From NCBI GenBank assembly GCA_001938485.1, contig MQRK01248982.1, positions 1-64,000 of the forward strand: 64,000 nucleotides of DNA, in the 5' to 3' direction. This document shows, piece after piece, positions 14,401 through 29,400 of this stretch (its first letter is position 1; the number at the start of each line of letters is the position of its first letter). This DNA is from Girardia tigrina. Taxonomy: Eukaryota. The position numbers and the translations under genes are program-made. Below the pieces are notes generated by a model. It was not told where the DNA came from. It did not search any database and saw only the letters and a program-made list of their open reading frames with translations.

Positions 14401-17400
14401 TGATCTCATTTAATAATGATTTCTGCTCATGTTGATTTCTTGTTTTTAATATAATTATTGGTGATTATATTACTACACAAATTCATTAGGACTCGTAAAA
14501 TAATTCTTATTAAAAATTTTAAATTATAAATAATATGTACTTATTTGTATTATAGATGAATTAATTTGATATTTTACGATAATCTAAATACAATTCTAAA
14601 ATAATTTGAAGAAATCAAATAAAAAAGTTAACTAATAAAAATTTTATTCGCATTTAAAAATTTGTTCTCAAATTCAAAAGAATTCGGACATTTAATAAAA
14701 ATTATAATATAAATGTAGGCAATGAATTATTTTAAATTCAATATGGATGATTAGTAAAAACACATGTAGTTATTATTGTTTAAATATTTCAGTCGATTAA
14801 ATTTTCGTTATTTTTAAAATATGGTTCGTGGAAAAAAGATGCATACGAAAATGCATGAGAAAATATTTGCCATGCATGTTAAAGGAAAATCAGTAAGGGA
14901 AATTTCAAGAATTTTAGAGATAAGTAAATCGGCGGTGTTCGATAACATTAAAAAAGCTAAATACCGTCTGAATAACTCATCGCCAAAGAATTCTGGACGA
15001 CCAAAGTTGACTTCCGCTACTGATAACCGGTATTTGAAGAGGTTAATTCCTCAATATCGTCGTGCTACTGTTCAAGAAATCAACGAGAAATGGAGTATGC
15101 AAACAGGCATTTCTTCTTCTCCGTCCACTTGTCTACGTCGAATACAGGATTTAAATTATTCATTCTACAAGGTAAGATTTTCTTAATGAAATATAAGCAT
15201 TGCGTAACACTTTTTTAAGTCTAAAAACAAACCGTTTCTGTCACCTATTCAAAAGAAAAAGATACTTGAATGGGCTCTTAATCATAGTAAATGGAGCCAA
15301 AATGATTGGAATAAAGTTATTTTTTCAGACGAATCTCGGTTTGAATTGTCTATGGGCCGAAATGGAAAATCGGTCTTAAGACATAGTACTGAGTCATTAC
15401 TTTATAGAGGGCACAATGAACTCTACAAAGTATACCGAGATATTAAGGGAAAGTCTCATCCCATCTATTACACAATATTTTGACAATGGAGATTTCATTT
15501 TTCAACAAGATGGAGCATCTTGTCATACTTCTAAATTTACAAAAACTTGGATGATGAAAAATAATGTCGTTCTGGACATGGCCTTCAGGAAGCCCAGATT
15601 TAAGTCCCATAGAGAATGCTTGGGCAATTATGAAAAAAACATCCTAAAAATGAAATTGATTTGAAGAATAAAATTTTAGCAATATGGAATAGTTTTCCCA
15701 TTGATAAATGTCAGGATTTATACAATTCAATGAATAGAAGAATGGAAGATGTCATGAAAGCAAAGGGCGATGTTACAAGATTTTAAATAGCAGATGTCCG
15801 AATTCTTTTGAATTTGAGAACAAATTTTTAAATGCGAATAAAATTTTTATTAGTTAACTTTTTTATTTGATTTCTTCAAATTATTTTAGAATTGTATTTA
15901 GATTATCGTAAAATATCAAATTAATTCATAATACAAATATTATTTATAAAACGATTTTAATTAATCGAATAATATTAATTAATATTTTGTTTAAAAATAA
16001 ACTTGTTAAAAAATTTTATTTATTTATTGTCTTGTGATGTAAAATGAATGAGATGAGTGAACATTTGATTAATAATTGATAAATAATGAATAAAAAAATT
16101 GTATACAAAATAGGAAAAGTTAAGTAACCTCAATTTTAAATATTTTTAATAATTTTTAATACTATTTTGATCATTGAATAAAATAAAATTGAACTCAAAT
16201 TTTTGTAATATTTTTCCTTAATAATATTATTTTGTAATAGTTTTTTTATTAAATATAATTAATAATTTTGAATTTTGCTACAACTTATTTAATATTGTAG
16301 CAAACCAATTTTCTTAATGCTCGTTTTAAACATAATCATTGTACATGTTTCAATCTTACATGTATCATCCTCATTAATTAAACAATTTTTAAATGTAAAA
16401 TAAAAAAACAAAAATGTTACATAAATAAATGCAGTAATTAACAATAGTACTTAATAATAAAATATATAATTAATAACAAGTACTTAATTACTGGTGATGA
16501 TAAATGTAAATCTAAGCATGCCAACAATAATATTTCAAAATATCTTTTTAATTAATTAATAATAATATTATGATTTATTGTTTAAAAATTTTAGACTTCA
16601 GCTTGATTGAATTGTATTTTGGTTTTAGGTTAGTACTTTTGTACCAGATGCGATCTTTGTTCTTCAATTAGTTACTGATAAAGAAGATAATCCACATTTT
16701 AATATGATATACGAAGTACTGAAAGATAAAACTGTCAATTATGTAAATGATGGAATGTTTTCTCTTCATCTCTCGAGTCCTGGTGACCATGAAATCAAGT
16801 TAATTTTCTTCATCAAAAGTCGATTAATGAACAAATAAAAAAAAATTTAGTAATGTTGGACTCTAATAAATAAATATAAATAAATTCTAAAATACTTTTT
16901 CAATTTTTGTTAATTGTTTTAAATTTTTATTTTAAGTAAATTATTTTTTTTTAATTATAATAACATTTATATCATTAAAATTAGTCAAAATATGTAATTA
17001 TTGGAAAACTAAATCTTTCATCTCAAGTAGTTGAAAACTTTTTGTAAGATTCAAAAAAGATATCAATAGTAAGAACATTGAAAGTGTATTCGAAAGCATT
17101 TTATAGTCAATGAAGAAATCCGAAAGATGTTGTAGTAAACAATTTACAAATAAAAAATATTAATATAACTACCACGGTTGCATAGTGGTTGTAGTGACCC
17201 AGTCAATTATTATATATAAATTATATATAGTAAATTATATATAAAATTATATATATATAAAACAATCGATAAAAGTAATCATTAATATTACTGTTTACAA
17301 TTATACTATATTGCCTGCGGGGCGTTTTCTTGTAAAATCGGTTCGTAAAGGAATTTTCTGCAAACCCAATCAATATTCCCCCTGAAAGTGCTCCTCTTCA

Positions 17401-20400
17401 TGTGATCTATTTTCTCAAAATTTCGTTGTGCAACCGAATGATTCTCTGACGTTTCCATCGATATTGTTACAACAGAAGATCATTCCTTGAAACCTTTGAA
17501 CAACAAACACAAATCGAAATCGAGATTTATCTGTGCCGTTCTCTCTTTCTCGTATGTGATTTTTTTTGTTATATATGTTTATTTATATTGTGCAAAATAA
17601 AAGTTTTATACATATTTATCTTTATTTTTTTGTTACGTTAAAGGAGTTCACTGAAACACGTTTTCAGTTAGCTCTTTTACAGTGGTATTGGTATTTTCAA
17701 TACAATTAAATTTATTTGTCTTAACAATTGTGTTATACTGTCTTATAAAAATGTTCCATCTTAGTTAAAGTTTTTAATGATTGGAAGTTCATATGAGTTA
17801 TATTTAAAGACACTTTATCAAATAATGAAGGAAATGAAAAATTTTAATAACATTGGATTTATTAATTAGCAAAAAAATCGAACTTAAAAGTGGTCGTTAC
17901 ATAGTTGCATATTCTAATCTGGCGATTTGTAAAAATTAATACATATAAAATAAATTGAACTTCAAACTCAAATTTTTGAAAATGGAATTTCGTAAATATT
18001 TAACTTTTAATATATCCTATTTCTTGTAGGCTTGAGAATTTAGGTATTCGCAAAATGAAAAGTAAAGAAGCTATTGAAAGAATCCAGAGTGAGTCCATGA
18101 TTTAATATTTATTTTATAATTTATTTATATTATTTTGCAATTTATAATAAAATCTGTTTATCAATTAATATGGTATTCATAATTTAATACAATAAATTAA
18201 TATTATGTTTCCAGAAAAGATTAGGGTTTTCAATTGGCCAACTTAAAAGAACTATAACTTTCTTAATGTTTATCGGATTGAATCGAAATAGGCACTGTTA
18301 AATTTATAGTTATACAATTCAAAATATTCTGTCCTTATACAAACTATACTTTCATCATAGTCGGATGGGGTCAGAATATTTTTCTTTAATACATATATAT
18401 GTCTAAATACGTCTAATTAAGTTCTAAATATACTTAAGTACTTAATGATATTTGTGAAGGACAGGTTCACTCTTAAAATTTTTGAAATAATTAATTTTTA
18501 TAAATAATCTCTAAAATAAGGAAATATTTAAAATAAAAAGTTTTCTAAACAATTATAACTAAAAAAATAAAATTTGGTGTTAATGAATCTTAATTTTGAC
18601 CAAGAACCCAACATGTCGACCATCGCCAATAGCTCCGAACAACTAATTTCGAGGCTCATATCTGACAAATTTAAGCGGCAAGATAATGTGGAAACATTCA
18701 TTTCGGCTTGCGCAAGATACATCAAAGTGGCCAAAGTATGCAAGAGATAATGGTAATTGGTTTACTGTCACACGAACTCGTACCAATATACGAAAAAAAC
18801 CGAAGTGAAGGGATATGAAGCCAGTCTACGACAAGCTTTTCAGACGAAAAGCACGTTAATGGAGCATTTGATAGAGGCGGTAAACTTCGAGAGATCTGGA
18901 GAATCAGTGGAGGAATTCTTCGTTAAGCAAAAAAGGTTTGCGGCAAAATTGATGAAACATAAGTGGACAGAGACGGAGGTAGAGAAATGCTTTCTGATTC
19001 ACGGGTCAAAAGATAGTGACGTGAATTGTGTCACGCAGGATCAGAAAAAGTATACGAATATCGGAGGGACAAGTTTGACATCGATGAAGAACCCATCACT
19101 TCGCCAACAGCGACAAATCAGCTACCTGTCCCAGTTCGACATCGCGATCAAATTCATCTCCGGAGCTGACAATTTCGTCGCCGACTGTTTTTCCCGCATC
19201 GAGCTGGCATCTCTGTGCTTCGAACCCTTGTTCACTCATGAAGTCTTGGAGCAGAATCCACCATCGGATAAAGATCTGACAATGTTCAAGCAACAACCAA
19301 CTGCACCTGGCTTCATTTATTTCGATACATATATCGGAGGTTGTCTCCGCCCCGTTCTAGGCACGGCCCTCCGTGCAGGCGCATTCAAGGCCGTTCACTC
19401 AATGGCACACGTGGGAGCCAAGGCCACGTATGAATTACTGCGCACCAAAGTGGTGTGGCCCTTCATGCTACGCGACGTCAAAATATGGTGCCAAGCATGT
19501 TTCCAATGTCAGTCTAATAAAGTGACCCGTCACACTTAACCTCCGATCATTAATTTTCTAACTGGTGGTCGTTTCGATACCGTTCACATCGATATTGTCG
19601 GTCCCCTCCAACCACGCAATGAATATTTGTATCTCTTACAATTATTGATCGCAACACGCGTTAGCCGGAGGCATTTCCCTTGAGAAACATTAACACCGAG
19701 ACAATCGTCGATTTATTTGTCAACAACTGGATAGCCAGATTTGGTTTACCCAAACGCATCATCACGGATCAAGGCCGTCAATTCGAATCTGGTGTCTTCA
19801 CAAATCTCCTGAAACAATTAGGTACTCAGCGGCTTCGGACGACGGCGTTTCACCCTCAGTCAAATGGCCTTGTTGGAAGATTCCATCGAACGTTGAAGAA
19901 TGCGTTTCGTACCATGTCCATCAACAAATATTGGTGCAAACAATTGCCGTTCATTCTCTTAGGTTGGCGTAACATTCCCAGCAGTCGCCACGGGACATCA
20001 CCTTCCAAGTTACTTTTCGGATCTAGCACATACCTAGTTAACGAACTCTTCTTCAACGATTGCCACAGTGATGACCTACATTTACAACTTGCCCGGCAAC
20101 ATTGATACCTCATCAACCGACAAAGGAACTTTCCAGGTACATGTACCGAGGGATCTCATGACAGCAAAATTTTTTTGGCTTATACATGAGCAACCCTCCT
20201 CTCTTCAACCTAGATACTCAGGTCCTCATTGCATGCTACAACTCAACCCCGCCAATAACACGACCACAATAGAATTCAACGGCACTTCTCGCACAGTTAA
20301 TTTCTGCAAATTAAAACCTTGCATATCCCTCAAGGACAACGACACAATCCCTCTCCTCAACATGCCAGTAACCCAGCAGTCCACAACATGTGCTCCGCAC

Positions 20401-23400
20401 TTCCCAGGGGGGGCTGATGTAGTGAACACAATTTTCAAATTAAAATTGTGTAAACTAAAAATAATTAATAAAAAGTTAATTTTTGTAAATTTACTCATTT
20501 TTAAATTTTAATTTTTTTACAGTTAATTTTTTTTATTTTTTCGATCATCGTCAAAATCTTTATATTGAAATTAATCAAGCACAAAAATTGAATAATTAAT
20601 TTTCAATCAATTTTTGTAAAAAAAATAATCTTGTATGAATAATCGTTTTTTGATACAAAAAAAATTTTCGGCTCATGTTTCTTATTACAATTTGTTTATC
20701 AGCAAACTATACGTGTAGTCTCTGCCACGATACCTTCCTTTGTCAAGGAAATCAATTTTTTATGATTCCGCGACTGTCCTAAAACATTTACTATTGCGAA
20801 TGGTTCGAAAATTGACTTTGCCTGTTGCACGTTAATGAGGGAGTCTCCATTAAACTAAATCTCGTTTTTACTTTCAGTGTATTTGATCTTCCGTGATTAT
20901 ATTACCGAGAAATATTTCACCATGTTATTTAAACAGTTTAAAATTGAAACACTGCGATAGTTAAGATGATAGTTACATATGTCATCAGACAGAAAATTCT
21001 ACAATAAATCTCGAAAGAAATTAGCGAACCTTAAAGTATGAAGTTATCTTTTACTAATATTGAGACATAGTGTGATCTCACTCAAATCATTTCCCCCTCC
21101 TTTGTGGTTAAGCCCCGAATCCAATTGTCGATGTGCAATAATTTACATAGGCGTAATATATCATTTTCTGAATTTCGGAACTTTTAATCTTTCTGAAGGA
21201 AGAAACTTGAATGAGTTTCTATACTCAACCCATAGCAAGTCAAGTTCCATGGAAAAAGATTTTTTCTGTTATATCTCTAATTGTACATGGACTATATATC
21301 CTCGTTGACTTTAATATAAAATCAATTTCATTTATAGGTTAGTTTATAGACTACCACATAAAAGAATAATCCTAATTAATATAAAAACAAATCCAAATCA
21401 TTAGTTTGTAAGGATCAAACAAAACAGCTACTGAGAATCTTTCAGATATTTACAAATTTAGAAAGAAATTCTAGATAAGTATCTAAAACTGGATTTTACT
21501 TGAAATGGTGGTAGTGTATATTTGGAAGATTTGGAATATAATTTGGTTGAGGTGGACTTTCAACCTGCATGTCGTTCAATTTTTAGACGATGATTAGCGA
21601 AACATGCAGTTCGGCGTTGTCATGCATTAGAATAGGACCACGTCTATTGAACAGTAGGCTGGTGCTGATGCAATTTATAATACATTTTGTCAATTTTCTC
21701 ATGGTAAGACACTTGGAAGAAATTAAGTGTTTAATGACATACTAGAAACATATTGTGAAATCTTCCCATTACATGTAACAATCTACTGTCAGGTTATTAT
21801 CACTAATTGAGACATTTCAGCAACAAGAGTTGTAACCCAACCTACTTCAATGACCCAAGAAAATATTGAGTAGATAACTACGCTTATTGTATCAGATTAA
21901 AACCTGCCTATAAGGGGTTTGGAGTAAATGACTGGTACACATTTTTAATTTGCCTTTGAAATCCTAGTTAATCCCCGATGAGACGATTTAGTTGTGTTGT
22001 TATGGATTGTCCAGAAGAAATCTGAAGTTGTCGATTCAAAAGAACCTTAGCTGTTGGCAAGAAAAAGAATTTATATACGCTGTGAATAATATATTGAGGT
22101 TTATTATGATCTTGCTTTAACAATGACGGAGAACAAGGCCTAGCTTTCATGTAATGGAACGATTCTGGAGTTGTTAAGATTATGTCGTACATCTTGAAAG
22201 TTCATGCTATCCATAATTTTCACCTTCTTCCAGACTCGTTGACATTAACAGAAGAAAGTTGATTCTTATGACGTCACCAAATTCTTTCATTAAACAGATG
22301 CGAAGTGCTGTGAATTTCATTTAGACCAAATCTGATTGAAGGAAATTCTTCTCCAACTCGACAATACTAAACTACATTCTGCATGCAAATTGAAAATTTT
22401 CTTGAGAAACGAGGATTGAGAATACTCTTACAAGCATCGTATTCATCAGATTTGAAGGCGTGTAACCGGTAGCTATTTTTTTAGCGAAACAAGAGCTCTG
22501 CTAAGAAATTTTCAACTATAAGAGATGAAACAATTTTGATGGATACTCAATGGTAAAATGGCTATTGAATGGACATGTTGGTAATTAACTGATATCTGAA
22601 GGTTCATTTTAAAATACACGTGATGTACAGAAGTCTATGAATATAATTACAAAAATATATTATTTATAATAATATAATTAAAGAAAAAAGATCCCACGTT
22701 TAGTAAGAAATGTCATTTACGACATTCTCGTGGAAAAAGTAATCAAATAAACATATTTTTCTACCAAAATAAATGAACAAATTATACCTGGATATATTTG
22801 AAGAGTGTAATGACAGTAATCATATTTTGTTAAGTAGAAACAAGAGAAATAAGTTTGATAATTTCCATTTTAGTTAGAAAATTTTTAACAAGTATTTGAA
22901 CAGAGAAAAAGTGGATAATAATGCAACGAAAATACTGGAACATCAATTTATAAGTGGTCTATCTCTAAATGGGTTTTGGTCCTGGATCACTTGAGAAACG
23001 GATTCAACAAAAATACTCATAAATTTAATCACTCGGAAAGTTTGTAACAACTTTTACAACTATTTTTAATTAATGTTTTAAAAAGTAAACAAAATCATGA
23101 GTAAAATTGGATACTACTTGCTTTAAATAGTGAATATTTAAATGTATATCAATGTTTTTCCAATTGGATTGTATAATTTGGAAATATATTAATCAATTTG
23201 TTCGAGCCAGGAGAGTTACTGAGAAACTTTGTAATTTATAACTATTTTTAATTATTTTGAAAGAAGCAAGATTTCATAATTATTGTAATGTTTGTACTGT
23301 TCAAATTACGCTATTATTGCAATTGAACTCAAGCTCATACTTTTCAGTACAGTTAATTGAATCAGAATATGCTCTCAGTCTTGCAAACGTTCTTGTGTCC

Positions 23401-26400
23401 ATTCGTTATATTGGAGTTGCGACAAAAGATCTATTCTTTTGTCACTCTATTCCTGTCAATGCTAGTTTGACAGATATGAAATTCAAAAGTGAAAAGGCTT
23501 AGCAATGCGTACAGGCAACACAGATCATTGGTTGGATAAATTTCAGAGTTGTTTTTTGAACCCTAATCTCAGACAAATATTAGGAATCAAGTTCATCCCA
23601 AAAAATGGCCAGTCTCCGGTAAAACTTTTAAATTTCATTAAAAGTCGTTTTATGAATCAAGAATTGTTCATTTTGATATGCAATAAGATGGGCAGTGAGC
23701 ACATACAGCTTCTGCTACAAATTGAAATTTGTTGAAAGTGCCTTGAAGTTTCTATTTAGATAAATCAGTTTTAACTTACGTGGGATACATCAATTGATTT
23801 AAAAAATTATGAAACTATAATCGATATTTAATCTCAAGTTGACGCTGACATGACATCAAAATCATATTTTAATAATTTGACAACAAAAGAAATAAAAATG
23901 TCATGCTGAAAAGTGAATAAGAGAATAGAAAAGCTCGTGTATAAGTCATTGACAATACATTCATCCAACAACAGAAGGATAGCATCGATCCATGGGAATC
24001 ATCCATCCTTCCCGTGTATGCAAACATGTTAGTTGCTTGGCTGTAATCCCATGAAATCCATTTTCGGGATGTGTTCAATTCAATTCGAACACTCACTTTC
24101 AATACTGTTTTAGTTTCATCTAAAATAATATCATTTGTAATTTATTGAACCTTGGTTCATTAATGTCATAGTGTTTGTCAGATTTTATCAGCTTTATTAA
24201 CAAAAATTAAATCAAGGTCAACATGGAACTTGGTTTAAAATTTTTTATAATATAAGACCCCTTAGATTTCATTAACTTTTTTAAAAGCATAATTTTTAAA
24301 AAAAATTATTAAAAAAAAGTATCGGTTGGTTGCAGCACGGATGTTGATGATGTGCTATTTGTTAAATTCCATCACAGAATTTAATAGATTCTGAAATTAA
24401 CAATCCAAACGGAACTGGATATATTCTATGTGGAATTTTTGATTCTGTGGAAATCATATATCTATGATGGTGGCAAATATGAACTAAGATCATATGGAAA
24501 TTATAAAAAAATGCATCCGTTTGTGCAAAATATGCTGTAAAGAAATACAATTTAGGTCCAATCTGCTTGATATTCTTGTAAAAAATTGCATTTCAGTTGA
24601 TTTTGAAGTAAATATTTGTTATTCATTTGTGTATCGTGAATTGTAGATGTAATAATTGAAATCATTAAAATCTGTGGAGATATATAATAATAATAGTAAT
24701 AATAATAATGATTATAATAATGATTATATATTGAACTTCCTCGGAATCTATTCACTTATTTGTCACAGTCTCTATTACATCAAATAGGTAACAGGTATAA
24801 ATTTAATGATGAAAGGAAATGTTTTACAATATTTTCTTTGTCATCTTAATATAATCTTCATGATGTTTGAAATTCATGTATTTTAAATCTGTGGTGCTCT
24901 GCCCAATGGTAATGAATATCACATTTCTGTTGAAAGTACATATATCGTTCCTCTGGATAAGTTTAATTAAAAAATGTATTATCAAATCTATAAAAATTAG
25001 CTTTTTTTCTACCAACACTAATAAAAAAGTTAACTGCAAATGGTTGACAATCAAATCTGATAAATTTTTCTTCATTATTTTTCATCTTTAATTTCATTTT
25101 ATTAAGAATAAATATTTTTCTTAAAATTATTTTTAATGATTATCTTATGCCATGTTATATTTCTTCCCATATTTATTTATATTTACAATATTTTATTTTA
25201 ATTTTGATATTTTCAGAAATCTATCCTGATATGAAAGTTTCTGATGCAAAAGCTTTTTTTAACAAACATAAAGATGTAGTACGACTGAAAGCCACAATTT
25301 TGATTCAAGATATTCCATCAGTGTATACAATATCCGATCCAATTAAGTCGCAAAGTGAGCTTGAATCATGTTGATCAGTTTATTAAGATCATTATCTCTT
25401 AGTTTCAAAAGAGAATAAAAACATAAAAATCAAACATTTTTCTCCAAAAGTTGTAGCCGAAATGGGAGAAGAATTGATTGTTGTTTTAGAGAAGAAAATA
25501 ACTAGTAAATATTTTTATATTGGATTGAAGGAAATGAATTTTTAAATTGAGTCTATATATTATTTCCTATTAATTATCATAATAAATCAGATTTCGTTAA
25601 TATAAAAAGTAGTTATTGACAAAATAGTGTTCTCTCAGAAGATTAACTCAGAAGAAATCATAATTTTATTTTCGTTTGTATTGTTTAACTAACTTTATAA
25701 TCAAATTGATTTCACAATTTTTAAGATACACTCCTTAAAATACAAGTGATTGAGGTAAGCCTCTAAAATTAGTCAATAAGAGTCATTTTAAACAATGTTC
25801 TATCCGCACTACATATCCAGTTATATAGAATTTGACTCTATCTATTCGACTATGAATGACAGTCAATTCAGTTTACCGTTTATTAAGGTCCATATACTTA
25901 AATAACTTTTCTCTTGCATATTCGTGAGTCCTAAATCAGCTACTTCATTTGTAATTGTGATATTTCACGAGAACCCGAAGCAGATGAGAACAAGTCATTA
26001 ATACTACTTCTACATTATATTCTTGTTTGACTTGTCTTTGATTTGATTGTCGCTTTCAGCCGTCTACCTGCTTTTTAACATTTGTTGCAGTTGTCAATAG
26101 AGCAATTGAATGATTTTCCTTCTTGAGTTTTGGTTTTCATATAGCGTGCTTTTCTGATGTGTTTGTTTAGTTCTTTCCATGAAACAATTCGGTTGTATGT
26201 ACTGGATTGTTTTAATGGTACCACGTAAAACGTCGAAAAAACATCGAAAATAAACATCAAATATAAAACGTCAAAAAAAAACGTGGAAAAAAACGTGGAA
26301 AAAAACGTGGAAAAAAACGTGGAAAAAACGTGGAAAAAAACGTGGAAAAAACGTGGAAAAAAAACGTGGAAAAAAACGTGGAAAAAAACGTGGAAAAAAC

Positions 26401-29400
26401 ATGGAAAAAAAACGTGGAAAAAAAACGTCGAAAAAAAAACGTCGAAAAAAAAACGTCGAATATGAAAAGTCGAAATTCTAAAACATCGAAAAAATAGTTT
26501 TAATAAAACATTAAATAAAATGATGTGTTATTAAATAGTGCTTATGTGAATAAATGAATAAATAAGTTAATGAAATTTCTAAATATACATAAATTATTTT
26601 TTTTGAAAAGGAACTTACTCTATACATATTTACTGGGTACGGATTCAATTAATTTTAAAATTTATGAAATCATATGATATTTTATTTTTTTATATTTATG
26701 TTGATGCATGTAGGTGATTGATATAGATTTCGTAAAATAACATTTTTTTTAAAAAAAGTTAGAATAATAATAAAACATATTTAATTAATTATAAAATTTC
26801 ATTTTTTAATTATAAAATTATTTTGATAAATAAAATTTTTAAAAAAAAATTTAGTATATTAATAAAACATAAATTATAAAACATATAATAAAAAACATAA
26901 AATGAACTTATAAGAATATACACCCGTGCTATAACAGCATTGACATTTATTGAAAGAAACATATTAGAAATGTTTTCAACTTCTTAAAATCAGGTGAGTC
27001 TTCCCCAAATTCCCTTTCAGAAATTTACTCATATTTTCACGAATATTATATCGGAACGGAACTTGATGAAATTTTAGGTAAGGTAAGTTTTCCATTGTAT
27101 TTATGTAATGCAAGAACACGTCTTTTTAATGATATTCTAAGAACTAATAATGCCTGTTGGGAGCGTTGTTGAGTTCATAAAATTTTTGAAGTTACAATCT
27201 TATCAAATTAATAATCAAACAATTACATTCCGTAAAATATTGTTATAGATATGTTAAAATAAGATTTTCAGAAATTTAATGTAAAAAATTAATTCATGTA
27301 AGAAATAAAATAAATTTACGGTAGGTTTATTAAAAGATTTCTTATAAAGAAAAAAGTTATTTTCAAATTTGATGAAAAATATTTAAGTGAAATAAAATCA
27401 AAACTAATATAAAGTTTAATATTTTATTTACGAAATGAAAGTAAACGAAATTGCGATTTTAAATTCTACTTTCACATATTATTAAATCCAAAGTAATTTT
27501 TAAATTTATTATAAAAACGAAATGAAAAAGCTATTGTATAGAATTGGGAAATTTAATTAAGAAATATGTAAATTTCAAGGTACAATAAAATTGAAATTTA
27601 ATAAAAGATGAAACAAAATCTTTGTGACAAAATTTTAATTCACTTTATAATTTTTTATTAAAAAAAGTATAGAATTTTAATTCGTAAAAAATACAATAAC
27701 CATATTTATATATTATATTTATATTATATTATTTATATTATATCATTATATTTATATCAATTATTATTTATAATGGTCTGTGTAAAAAGAAAGTGCAAAA
27801 GTTCCTCGGAAATATTTGTTTAAAAAAATTCAAATTTGTGGTAGAAATAAAGTTTTGTTTTCATGACAACGTCTTTTGATCAAGAACCCAATAATGCCAT
27901 TGAAGGATGGCACAATTCATTCAGAAATATATTTGGTAATTTGAATCCAACACTTAAAAATTTTATGCAGAAAGTAAAAGGAGAAAAAAAGAATTTAGGA
28001 GAAAAAAGAAATATGTTTTTCTGACGAAAAATTAATAACTTTTTTAATAGACCGAGCCAATAGAAATCCAGAAACATATATTTTGAAATTGGCTGGTTTT
28101 AATTATTATTAATAAATATTTTTCGACATTTTATTTTTCGGTGTTTTAACGCGTCACGGTTTTAATACGAGACTGCAGCATTTTTGGATAAGTAATATTC
28201 ACTTTTTAGAATCTTTCTGGAAACAATCTTTTGAGTGGTTTTTGAAAATTTCAATCCCTAGAATAGAAGCTGCTTCATCTATCATTTCTTTTGTTTCTTC
28301 TCTCCACTAAATTGCACCAAAAATCATGTCTTAATTTATGGGTTTTTTGATTAGTGGTTTCTATGAGCTATTAATATTTATACCTATGTGATTGCTTATT
28401 TATTATTACTTATGTTATGATCAGTGAAATGATTATTAAAATAGAAAAAGAAGCGAGCTTATTTATTTGAATTTTTGTACACAATGAACTTATTGGGTTC
28501 GAGATTAAAATCCAGATTCATTATTTGCAAACTTTATTTCTAACAAACAATGATTTTTTTAAACAAATTTCTGAGGAACAATGTTTCATTTTTAGCACAA
28601 TCAGATATCCTATTTGAAATATGAATATTGATATATAATTTTTGTTAATTTAAGTTTTATACTTTAAGTATAATAAATTATAACTTAAAATTATTTTTTA
28701 AAGAAAATGAAATCTCAATCTGTTTTTTTTATTTAATCATAACTTCTATTATAAATTGATTTTCTTAAACTATTGTTTATATTTATTCATTTTGACCAAA
28801 ATTAAATTATTCTAAATGTTAGTAATTAAAGTGCTAGGAAATTTTTGAAAGAAGGTTAAATTAAATATGTACAAATTAAAATTTTTATATAATTAAATAT
28901 GTAACATTAAAAAAAATAAATTACTAAAATTATGAAGATCTAATTAAATTGTTAATAATTTAAATTTTTTGAGAGTTTTAAATATAATAAAAGATTAAAA
29001 TGTATAATTTTTATATGTGGAACGATTTTTAAAAAACTAATAAAATTAAATGAAACGATTAAATATTTTAAATTGTTTTCGTATTTTAAAATTGATTTAT
29101 AAAAGTAATAAAAAATATCAAATATGAATATTTATAAGTATTTTTATTTATATCGGTTTAAGATTTATAAAACAAATTGTTTCTCAAAACAAATAATAAG
29201 TTTGTTTAAATAATAGATTTAAACATTTTTTTGTTATATAATAAAAGTTTTGATGTCTGAAATAATTCATATATTATATTAATAATTCCGACGATGTTCC
29301 AAGAACCTCTAATACTAAAAATTAATCTTTTACATAAAAACTTATTTAATAGTTCATTCTATTAAAAATTTATATTAATTAGTAAAACATTATTTTAACT

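Noticed and set aside
17130-17210. Possible 5' LTR of the Gypsy element at 18570-20520
   Set aside because: Similarity is short and AT-rich, and a host exon (18030) lies between the two, so they cannot be one insertion.
24552-24755. Poly-Tyr ORFs (also at 59200)
   Set aside because: (TAT/TAA)n microsatellite and AT-rich intron sequence; only 59321 onward is exon.
26283-26465. Repetitive ORF (EKNV/KKTW) or a CRISPR-like array
   Set aside because: Simple tandem repeat with no unique spacers; eukaryotic context and no cas genes.
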